From: Yuukianura sp. NJ FZ-2021
Taxonomy: Eukaryota
Direction: 5' to 3'
Assembly: GCA_046563655.1 (NCBI GenBank)
Contig: CM102289.1
Location: forward strand, 744,001-808,000
DNA length: 64,000 nt
Shown: piece after piece, positions 27,001 through 39,000 of the stretch
Layout: each line of letters begins with the position of its first letter
Numbering within the stretch: position 1 is the stretch's first letter
Made by a program: the position numbers and the translations under genes
Notes under the pieces: model-generated
What the model was told of the DNA's origin: nothing
Databases searched by the model: none
Seen by the model: the letters and a program-made list of their open reading frames with translations, nothing else

Positions 27001-30000
27001 GTACAAGGGCCCATCGTTTAATGGAGCGAGGGGGACTTGGTGAGTGTCGGATTCTGGAGCCGTGTGATCGAATCCCCCCGTCTCCATTTTTTGTAAGGTT
27101 CGTTCCAGTCTGTGTCACCTCATTACAGTGCATATTGTGTTACATCATTAAGGGCCGCCTGGTCACGTGACCCCCAGTTCCGCCAAGAACAAATTCAGCA
27201 CTAATTCCTATGACATTTGACTCATCAAGGGACGAGGGAACGGGAGCATAAGGGTCCCCGGGGATTAAGGCTCCACCAAAAGTCCCCATGGGGTGCAGGG
27301 GTCGCCTTTTCCTTTGACAATTCACGACAATCCAAATCAGCCACACTCAAATTTGTCAACACCATTTTTGACATTTCCATGGCTGTTGTTACACTTCGAG
27401 GAGCTCAAATGCCGTAGTTGTCTGGATTATGGCCTGATTTGTGTTGTCAGAATTTTGTTGACAAAGTTGTAAATAAAACCTATCTCTGGATTCAATTTTT
27501 TTTTCGTTTTTTTCGGGTCAGAAAAAAACTTACAAGGGAACTGACACGCAAGTGGAAGTTTTTATTAGCTTCTGATTCGGCCACCAAAGTCACATTAATT
27601 CTCAATCGAAGGCACGAACACGCAGCACGGATTTGAGTTGTACGAGCAAAAAAGGTTCAGCAAAAAAGTGAAAGCAACTAAATTAACACACAGAAAAAAT
27701 CACGTGTGGTGTGGAACCTTTTCATTTCGTATAACTTTCGCAGGAAAAACTTTTTGCAGGAAATTTGAAAAAATGGAGGAAGCTTCTCTCATAAATTGTG
27801 AAATTAGATGAGAATGATATTGCAGATGAAGGTTTTGTGCCTTCGATTTCGTGTCATCCCCTCCTCCCCCTCCCCCTGCCCCCACTGCATATATCCCTAT
27901 ATATCACATCTATATATATCTCTATATAGCAACTAAGTTTAGTCTATACCAAAAGAAAATGATTTATGTCCTCCTTTCGCTTGGCGATGTGTTTTGTGCA
28001 TGGAGGGGGCTTTAGTAGCACAATATTAATGTCATTTCATTCACTTTCTCCTCTCCACCGTTTTCTCCTTGAAAATGAAACGAAAAGATGAAATTCTGCG
28101 TCTTTCTCCTTCACGGTGGTTCACAACTTCACAACTTCACAATAGAAGGATATTAAAGGAAGGATTCATGTACAAACCCATGTATCTTGTTCTGTCGTCG
28201 ACTTTCAAAATTTGAAAATAGGAAATAGGCTTTTTGAAATTGGCGCTCCTGAAAGCTACCCGCCTTTTCCGTCAAAATCAAGATCCCCCTGGGGAATTCA
28301 CCTGGAGAAAGAAGCACAAAGTCAATAGGAATTGAAAGGCGGGCTCAATCTCCCGCCTTTTCCAAGAAAGTCAAAAGATGAAATGACAATTGGGTTTGTT
28401 CAGTGGAAAAGCTACAAAGGAGGCAATGATGCTTGAGCGGTCAAAGGTTATTGGAAAAGAGGAGGTCAATGACCTCTTGAACAGACTAAAACGACAACTC
28501 GGAGGGAATAATTTAAGGTTTTGAGGAGAAAACGGGTTTTTTATTGTGTAGAGTAAGGTGTTGACTTGCGTGCTGAATTGGAGTAAAACAGTTTATAAGA
28601 TTGTATCTACGGTTGATATTCAAATTCAAATGGGTTTCTTCATCTTATAAATCTTTTCTTCATCTCTATTTTATGCATTTTCAAATTAAATTTCCCGCAA
28701 AAAATTGACTGGAAGCGGCCAAGGAACGAGTTTTTGCCATTTACAAAATCTGGAGACATTTCCAGTTAATGTTATTGATGCAGAGTCGTTTTTCAAAACC
28801 GTTGTGTTTAGTCAGCATGGAGGAAAAAACTAGCAAAGCGCGGAAACTAAATAAAACAAAACTGATCCATGTCGGATTCGAACCAACGGACCCCTTCAGC
28901 CTACCAGTGCCTTATACCACTTTGTCAGTTTCCATTTCTTTTTTTTTTAACTGTTAGTGAGCAAAGGGGAAGGTCAGTAGAGTGAAAAAAACCAAATAAA
29001 AAAATTGAACCATTTGGGATTCGAACCCGCAGACCCCTCTAGCTTACCAACGCCTTATACCACTCTGCCAGTTTCCACATTTAATTTTTTTTCGTTTTTT
29101 CGTGTTGCAGGGTCAGGTGTAGGGTACAGTGGGCCCAATTACCACTCCCGCGAAGGGCTGGACATCCTAGGACCCAATTCCGGCTACGGACTGGACCGAT
29201 CCGGATCTGACGGAGACGGAGAAGAGGATTCGCCGATTCCCCACCACCGCCCGATCCCCCTCCACCCGCACTTGGCTGCCCAAGCGGCTGCTGCTCAACA
29301 GAGTCTGCGCAGATCCCACCACACGCGCCCCCCTCCCCACTACCAACTCCCCCTCACGGAAAACCCCTACCAACAACCATACCTGAGTCGAAGCGGGAGT
29401 CGGGATCGCCATGACAGTCTTCCGTCGGAAAACGGCTCGGAAGGAACCTTAACCGACTCGGATCTTCCTTTTGCTAATCACCAACAGTCATCTGCTGCCT
29501 TACAAAACGGTGAGATAAGAAATGCTTTCAAATTGCTTTCACCATAACCTAAAACCTTCGTCTCCTGCTGCTCAGGAAGGAGGGAAAGTTTGAAGTTGAA
29601 GAAAAGGCGCGCTTTCTCCCAAATTCAAAAACTTCTCCCCTCTCCCTCTTTACACAAACTGGAAATGCAAGTATTGATCCAGTGAAAACCTTTCCTTTGG
29701 AGCTCAGCTCCTTTCTCCTGCTCATTCTGATAAAAAGAAGAAGAATCCTATTCCCCCTGCCACTTTTTCAACAAAAAAACTTTCCTTTCTAAAAAAACTG
29801 GAGGGAGAAAGTCCTGACCACAAAAAAACGAGGGAAAGTTACTTTTCTTATTCCATGTAAATTTAGTCTAAATTTGGAAAGCTCGTCTTCACTAAAGGAA
29901 AAAAGTGAAAGTCCGAGGGGACAAAATTTGAAAAAAAAGAAGAAAAAAGTGTGAAGAACTGAAAAAAAAACTAGAAAACCCAAAAAAAAAGTACTTGGTT

Positions 30001-33000
30001 AGACGCTTACACAAAACCTGCACCGCACTTGCTTCAATTTCGATAGAAATTTCAAATTTTTTGAATTTTGAGTCGGAACATTCTCAAAAAGTGGGAAAGT
30101 TACATTTGCGAAAATGGTCAGAAAAAGACACGATTGAGTCAATTTTGGGGCTTTTCTTCTTTTTTTGAAAAAAAATGGAAAGGAAAAGTTTCTTGCTAGA
30201 CAATTGCTTTCACTTGAACAAAAAGTGAAAAAAATTTGAAGTTCCAAATTTTGAAAAAAGAAAAGAGGAAAAAATGAAAATCCAATAACAGGGAAGAAGA
30301 CCGACCTTTGCAGGAAGAGCACAAAGGATAGAATATTTTGTCTTTTTCATTTTTTTTTCTTCAACTTTTTCATTTTGAAAAAAAAAAGACTTTCTGCCGC
30401 CCCTTTTATTGTCTCCAATTTTCCCTTTTCTCTCGTTTTCTCTTTTCTTTCTCTCTCTTATTTGCATTTACTTTTTCTCACTTCAAAACTATGGTTCCAA
30501 AAGCCTCAAGACTCAAATTTTCCACTTGAAAGCTTTCTCTCACACTTCCAAAATTCCCGCGCCCAGGAGACAAGCACAGCACAGTAGTGTTGAGGCTGAT
30601 TAAAAATTCAAGTTTCCAAATAAGTTGGCACTTTGATCATTCGCTGGAGAAGAGACGAGGCTGCAGGTCGTATAATTTTCATATTTCCCGCTCAAATTTT
30701 CAAAATTTCCCGCTAGAAATAATGTTCAAAAAGCAGCCTCTCCCTGTCCTCAGCCTCTTGATTCCATTAATTCATTATCACGAACTGAAGTGAAAGTAAA
30801 TCCTAATTTCATATTCCGTTGGTTCTAATCTTCCCGGACTTTCTCCTCCTCCCTCCCCTCCTCCTCCTCCCTCCTCCTCCTCCTCCTTGGCTGTTTACTG
30901 AGCCATGTGACACTGGGAAAGGACTAGAATAAGAAAGAACCTCTCTACTTTTACGGAGAAACAGAGCGGGAAAGTTAAAGCGGCACAAAGAGCACTTTCT
31001 TGTTCAAACAATATTTTCTACTTCCGCTAACAAGGAAAGGAGAAGGACAATGGAAGTTGAAGGACAGGGGCGTGGTCAAAGAAATTTCCCGCCATTTTCA
31101 AAAATTTTCCGCTTTTTCAAAAATTTTGAAAGCCCTTGTCAAAAATTTAACCACTTTCTGCAAAAAAAAAAGTCTCATTTCAACTCTTCCCACTTTTTCT
31201 TTGAACCGAAGAATTTTTGCTTCCAACTTTCTCTATTTTCACGAAAATGTGAAATCACCAAAAATTACCAATTTCAACTCAAATTGTTTCTAATTTCCAC
31301 CAAACTTTGAACTTTCATCTCCAAAATGACTTGTTTTTTGAAAGCTTTTTTCATCTTGTTTTAGAATCAAGTGAATTGAAGTGACTCAGTCGAAGATTGT
31401 GTCGCCTGATTTAAAGTTTCAATCAAGGACACAACAGGGTTTGAAATTAATTTCCAATTAACAAACTTCTGTTCTAAACCCATTTCATTTTGAAACTTTT
31501 CGAAAATTGAAGTTTGGCGGGAGTCTGTTTCTGGTTCTGTGGAGGAGCAAGGATAATTAATACAAATTAATCAAGTGTAGATTCGGTAGAGAGGGGGAGC
31601 GGAGAACGCGCTTTTAGCGCGAGTGGAGCGCTCCTTGTTTGTTCTGCAGGAGCGGGAGAAAGTGGCTTGTCGATTCAAGTGAGATAAAACAGTTTCAGCG
31701 TTTCAGCGATTTTCAGCGATTCCCCCCAAAAACGCCAAAGTCTCAAGTTGACCAAACCACTCAAACGAAATCCAACTTTTCTCTTAATTCTCACTCTGGC
31801 AGCTAATGAAGAGGGGAAACTTGAGGTTCAACGTTAGGTTAGCAGCATAACCTAATGTAAACCTAGCGAAAACCTAACGTAAACCTAGCCTAACTAACAA
31901 GGAGAATACTAAGCATTTTGGTTTTTGGTGGGAAGAAATCGAAGTTGCAGATTTGGGTTTCTTTCCGTTCTTAAAATATTGACAGTTCGACTCAATTTCT
32001 GCCAGAGTGAGTTTTTAGGGCTGCGGGTTCGAATCCTACTCAAGGAGGGAGCACTCAAAACTTTTTTTTTTAACGAAAACGTTACTAAAGTGGATGTATT
32101 AGAGTGGGAGAAAGAATAATTGAAAAGTAAAGTGAATTGAAGTGTAGAGTGATGGGTCAGTAGACATGAAGAGTAGAGTGTACGGTAGGTGGCGTGATAT
32201 TGGCAGAGCTTTTACCCCGGAAAATTTGAAGTCTCAAAAAGTCGTTTTGTTTTCGAAATTTCCGATTTAGTTGCTCCAAAGCAAACTCGAACTAAAGTTT
32301 TACGTTTGTTGCAGTACTAAAAGAAAGCTTCTGTATTGCCTCAATGTACAAAATTTCTGCCAAAAAAGTTGGAACCGGATACTGCATTAGGGATGAAGAT
32401 ACTGTGTGTATTGATTTATTCCTGAACTTTTGGTGGGAAACTTTTTTTTTTCAAAAATTTCTGTCGAAAAAACGAGAAATGAGGGAAAGTCGTAAAACTA
32501 AAGGGCGAGCTTGAGTAGTATAAAACCGGTGGTTACAATTCTCTGCACGTAACATCATAGTTGTTGCAAGACTTTTTTTTTTCAAAAACTCGCGCCCAAA
32601 AAACCACTACTTTTTTTTCGTAAAAAGTAAGGATTGGATGTGTGCCATCATCATGATGCCCCAATCCCATCCTCCACTCTACTTGTCATTAAAATCCGAT
32701 TCAAAGGGAATAAATCTCCTTAAGGACTTGGAGACTTACTCCCTCCTAAGGCCCGGGAGCTACCCCCCCCCCATCTACTAACCCCCCCCCCCCTACGAAT
32801 ACAAAAGTCTCATACCCCCTCCCCCTCTTAAACGAGTCTTGTTTGCCAGTCGGAAGAACGTAAACACCAAAACCCTCTTCAAAATTTTGAAATTACTAAT
32901 TTAGAATTAAGTGCTCATAATCGTCGGAGCACGAAATTCAAATTTCCCTCAAGCCTTTTCTTCCAAATTCAAATTCTCAATTCAATTTACTTTTTCCCGC

Positions 33001-36000
33001 CACTTACTCAAAAACCATGTTTTTCTCCTCGCGTTCAAAATTTCCCACCATTCTAACATTTTTCTAATCTCTGATTGGCTTTACTCTTAAAAAAGTCGTT
33101 TGAGAGGGAATTTCAAAAATTCAAAATTTGGCAAACTTAAATAGAATCACAAATGCATTTCAATATCTGCATACAAAGTATTTCTCAAGTGGTTTCTAAG
33201 ATTTTGGTGGAATATATCGATTTTGAAATTTTGATTTTTTTTTTAATTTCGCGGGTTTTTTTGTGACCAGCCAATTGCCGAGCGTAAATTTGAGATAATA
33301 GGGTTGGTTATGAGACGATGTGAGATGGATAGTGACTGGAGACATATTTGGAGAACGTTTTAATCGGAGGTCCCAATCTCCCAAAGTGCAGTTTGGGAAA
33401 GCGGGAAAGGGCGCGGAATTCAAAAGTTTGAAATGTCTCGAGCAGCTTGGCGGGAAATAAGGAAGCTTTTGGCTCAACACAATCAACGTCTTATCTCATC
33501 CAATTCCAAGCTCCTTCCAAAAGGTTAGGGTTTAGCATAGGGTGTACGTACCGTAAAACTTCTAATAAACAACAGTTCCTACCAATTTTTGGTAGCTTTT
33601 GGTACCACTCCCATTGCTAAATCGCCAAGGATGATGATAGCCCAACGGTTAGAGCACTTCCCAGAAATTGAAAAGTTGTGGGTTCGAAACACACTAGGTT
33701 CAAAATACTTTTTCACTCCGTCCTCAAGCCAATGTTAGGACTGCATCTCACACAAGCGCCTAAAATGCCCTCGGTCGTCGAGTCTTATTGACTTGAGATT
33801 TGTTGAGAAATACAAGCCTGCGGCGTCTATTAGAAGTTTTACGGTAACAAACTTTCTCTCCAATGCTTTCTTAACGACTCTCCCCAACTTTTGGTTCTGT
33901 TTCGTCTGATTCATGAGGTCGATTAGACTTCTTCAAGGAAATTCATTCCTTCTCCCCCTCTCCCGATGCTTGATAAGGATTTTCAGTTTTCCCGCTGCGC
34001 TGACCTTGGACTGGGGCAAAGTGAGACTCTACTACCCAAAACTCGGATCTTCACAAAAACATACCAAAAAAAAAGTTTAGCCTCCTGGCCAAAACTTTTT
34101 TTCATACGCTGAGTGTATTGATCTCAATAAACTTCAAGAAATTTACTGCAAAGTAGAAGAAATTTTGGGAGGGAAGGGGTATAAATTTGAAAAAAAATAA
34201 TAGTTTGGACAACAAAAAAAAAAGTTGGGCTTTGTCATCAAAAGATGAAAGAAATTTGCTAAATGAAGAGCCAACAAATTTATATAAAAACAAAGAACTT
34301 AATGAAGAACAAAAGAAAAGGGAGAGGAAAAATTTCATTTTAGATAAGGCGGGAAATTATATTTTTTCAAAGTACAAATATTGGCAGACTTTCAACGACG
34401 TGGTTTGCCCACTGAGGCAATAGTGAAAGTTATAATAAAGAAATTTCCCAAAATTATTTTGGAAGAGAAACTAAAGACATTTTCTATTTCCTTATTACGC
34501 TCAAAATTTCCCCAGTTTTTGAAAAAGAGCGGGAAAATTCAAAAAAGAGAGGAAAAAGTGGAGAAAGTGAGGAAATGGTTTAAAGGTTTTATGGTACGAG
34601 GAGAAATGGGAAATCAAGAATTCACTTTTGGCGCCATTAAAACTTTTGAATCATAAAATCTTGGAATGATGGCGGAAATTTCGGAATTGAACTCTACATT
34701 TTCAAAATTTGTTCTTATAACTTGTTCCAAAGTTGTTAACTTTCAAATTTCAATTTTTTTTTTGCCATGCTAGGCGGTCTTCCTATGAATGCCAATCTGG
34801 AGTATCTTCAGCAGCAGCAAGCAGGCAGAGGTAACAGTCTGAAGAGGTCGTTGAACTCCAATGGAAAGCCGGTCCACGGTGGAGGAGGTCATGGTTCGAC
34901 TCATGACAGTCTCATGGACCAATTTGTGATGACGACCCCTGGTGGCAAAATTTATATTCCGGCGGGTGACACACCCAAAAACTCAAGTTCAGACTACAAA
35001 ACGAGTCCCGGCAGCAGCCCCTCAAAGAAAACGTCTGGAAGGCAAGCACCAGTCAAAAATTTGCCTAGTAGTCAAAAAAAATTGCTTTGGTCAAAAAATT
35101 TTGCCTTGAGGAAAATTTGCCAAAACCTGAATTTTGACTCCGACTTGATCAAATTTTTTGAATTTTTCAGTAGTCTTCTGTACAGAGAAACCATACCTAT
35201 GGGAGGAACTTTGCGCTCTGGGCGCGTAAATACGAAAGGAGACGACGACGACTTTCTGTATAAGTTTAGAAGCTACTGCCCAACGTGGTTCAAACTCATC
35301 TTCCTATTGGCTGCCATTCTCTTCCTAATCTCACTCATCCTCAACATTCTTTTCAGTAAGTTCAACATTTTTTCGAAAAGTTGTTTTTTAAAAGAAAAAG
35401 TTAAAAAAAGTTAGTGAAACGCACACAAATTTTTTTTGAGGTTTCGTTGTGGGAGAAATTTTTAGTTTTGGACAAAATACTGCTGCGTATTAGCGCTGGG
35501 GCTTCTCCCAAAACCACTTTAATTTTGCCTACATAAAAATTTTACATTACGATTACTTACACATTACATTACGTTTACATAAATTTTATCAATTAAACTT
35601 TACCTTGTCGTTCTGCACAGAAGTAGTTCCCGTTTTTTGAAAATACCGCCAAGGAAATTTTCTCTCACAAAAGGAATTTCCTTGGCGGTCTTTTCAAAAC
35701 TCGGAAACTAAATTCTGCACAGAACGATAGATTTACGTAAACTATACCTTACGTTTCAGAAAACGTTTGCTTAAACACAGACAAATCCCAGATTTCGTTA
35801 GTATTACATCAGATATTTTGTAAAACTAAAGAAAAGAAGTTTTTTTTCTCCGATTTTTTTTTGTTTTGTGACAAAGACGGAGAGTTGTGCGCCGTCGTGG
35901 TCGTGACCGCGTGTCGTAACAGTAATAATAGTTTGTTTTGGTACAGTAATCGGTGCCCTGCCTGGTCTGGGGAGTTCAGTTCGTCCAGTTTCGAGCGGAG

Positions 36001-39000
36001 AGAGTCAACTGCCCGGAACGGAAGTCATTGACTCCTCAGGAGACGAGAGAGGACAATCAATCTCTGCACAACGTGGAGGTTCCATGCCCACTGGGACATT
36101 GCCCATTAGTCAAACAGGATCCAAATCTCAACCAATTGGAACCGGTAAGTGCTCCAGTACTACTCACGTGATCACAATCTTTGATTTTTGGCAAATTTTA
36201 TATTCCTTTCTCTGCTTCCATTTTTTTGGTGATGGTAACTTATTTTTTGGGCACTTTTTTTGAATTTTCCGAAAAATGGACTTTTTAGTAGAGCTTTCTC
36301 ATCGCATGACAAAACGTGCACTGTCCTCATCAACTTCTGTTGAAATTGACCCTGAGCAACCATCACCCGAGGAAGAGCCAGATTTTGAAGGCGGCAAGCC
36401 AGGAATTTTGAATTTCGTGCCAGTTGATGGACAGCACCCGACGGTAATTGACGAGGGAGGAGGCGGAATGTACTTTGTAGTGGATCCAAAAGTCAGTAAT
36501 GGCCGGAAAGCTTTGAGTCACGATGGCAACGGGGTCACGGATGTTGCCATGTCACCATCGCAGGAGTCACCACATGGAGCCATTTGTGAATGCTACTGCC
36601 CATGTTTAGATGATATTGACAGCGGAGAAGATGATGTGATTGGTGGATCCGGAAGTGGCAGCGGATATCGTCTCCTTCCGTCAGAATCAACCTTATTGGT
36701 TAGAGATGAAGCTGGTTCAGGCTCTGATTGGTTGGTCGATACCGCTCAAGTTTCCGATCCGATACAACCAGTTTTTGACCCACAAAAAACAACAGAAACC
36801 GAACTTGGCATTAAACCAACCCAACCAACTATAAAACAGGTTTCGGTACCGGACGATTCCGGTCCGATATCGGATCTTTCTCCAGAAAATCGGATTACTC
36901 AAAGCACTTACTTCAATGAAACCGATTCTTTTGATTCCGATTTCGAAACGATAGAAGAACCAATCAGAACTCTAGAAGTAAATTCCAGCGATTTGCATGC
37001 TGAGCAAGTTGCTATGGTTCAGCTCGTGGTTCGTCCAAAAAACGATTCCCACCTGCCATCAGAAAATCAAAGTTTACCAATTACAAATTTGCCACAAAAT
37101 ACTTCGGAGTACCTTACCATTGATTTGCTTGACCACCCTGCTCAAAACGTTTCGGATGTTCCAAATTTAGAATTTCCCGCTACCCAGGAATTGCCCAAAA
37201 CGAATCTGACTATTGTTCGTCCCCGAAATTCAAATGTAGAAAGTGATCACGGAACTGTAATTGTTGAACATCAGAAAAATCCGCAGAATCAGCCGATTGT
37301 TGAACATTCGAACAATCCCCAGAATCAGCCGATTGTTGAGCATCAGAACAATCCGCAAAATCAGCCGATTGTTGAACTTCCAAACAATCCCCAGAATCAG
37401 CCGATTGTTGAAAGTCAGAATAATACTCAGCGTCAGCCGATTGGTCAACCCCAAAACAAAACAGAACAGCTGATTCTGGATCCTCCGGCACAAGACCTGC
37501 CTAACCTGCCAGAGTCAAAACATTTCTCTCCTCCTTTTATCAACTTGACATTTTCACCTCCAGTCGCAGTGACCTCTGACCTCTGTGAGTTCAAATCCTG
37601 CTGCCAACTTGCTGCAATTGATCCATGTTGGCCTCTACATCTTCGTCAGTCTCACCGTCTTTACGTTCATTTCTGCTTCTGCATGTTGCATGCTATTTTG
37701 TCTAAAGTTGAAATCGTTTGTGTGTCGTTTTTGTAAAACGCTTGTTTTGAAGTCATACATTTTGATTCCTAATTGTGTTTTTTTAATTTTTAGGTGGTAG
37801 GTCATTCCCACCGGACACAAGTTCCTTTGCTCAGATAGTAATAGGAACGACTCAGAAAGTGACGATTCCAGCCTACAGCTACTGGAACCTCCAGTTCTAC
37901 CAACCTCAAAATCAGTACGTTCTTTGGGAAGTGACTGTTCCGCGCGGTGCTAGCATTGCACTTTATGCTCGCAGAAATGCACTTCCTACACATACGCAGT
38001 ACGACATTGTCCAGATTCTACGTGGATTCAAAACTAGCAAACCCTCAAGGACATCACCCACGGTGAGAGAGTTTCAAAATTCTTAAAATTTAATCATGGT
38101 TTATCCTTCCGTTTCATAAGTTTGACAAATATTGTGTGAATTCAAGCCAAAAGTAGTAATATACTTCTTTTTTTTTGTTTGTTTCTAGTCATCGATTGTC
38201 GTGGAGCGTGTTGTGGGGGACAAGTAAGTTGAGAGTAAAATTGAATTCAGAACGTAGTGTAGTTGGTGGGAGTGACTAGTCCTCAGATTCCACGATTATG
38301 TTTTGTAACGGTCACAATTCTGAGGATTAGACACTACTTTGCATAACAGCGATTATATGTACCGCTATAGGTCAGAACTCTACTCCAGAACTTTCGCGCC
38401 TTTCTTTCAAAAAATTTTTCTGCGCCAAGAAAATCAAAAAGTAAACAACGGTTGAATTGAAGAAAAAAGTTGTCGCGTGCCCGTCACTTCTTTTTCCCAC
38501 CACTCTACAATTTAACAAATCAGATGGTTTAGATTAAGTAAATTCTACCATCACTAAACATTGACAATGGTCATTGATGATTATTCAGTGACCGAAATGC
38601 TTTCAGTGTTCATTGACTATTTCTAAGTGACGGAAGAAACTTTTCAGCGTTCACTGCTGATTTTTCAGTGACCATCAAAATTTCTCAGTGATCACTGCTG
38701 ATTTTTCAGTGACCATCAAAATTTCTCAGTGATCACTGCTGATTTTTCAGTGACCATCAAAATTTCTCAGTGATCACTGCTGATTTTTCAGCATTCAGCG
38801 AGAAATTTTAATTAATCACCCATGATCCTTCAGTGACCACCAGTGTTGCTGGATGCTTAAACGTCCAGTGGCTTAATTGCCACTTCCACTGGATATCCAG
38901 TGGAAGAAATGGGGTCCTACTGGACGGTGGATGGATGAAATCAGCTGAGCTTAAAAACTCAGCGCGGATTTCAAATAAATTTAAATTAAATATTATGAAA

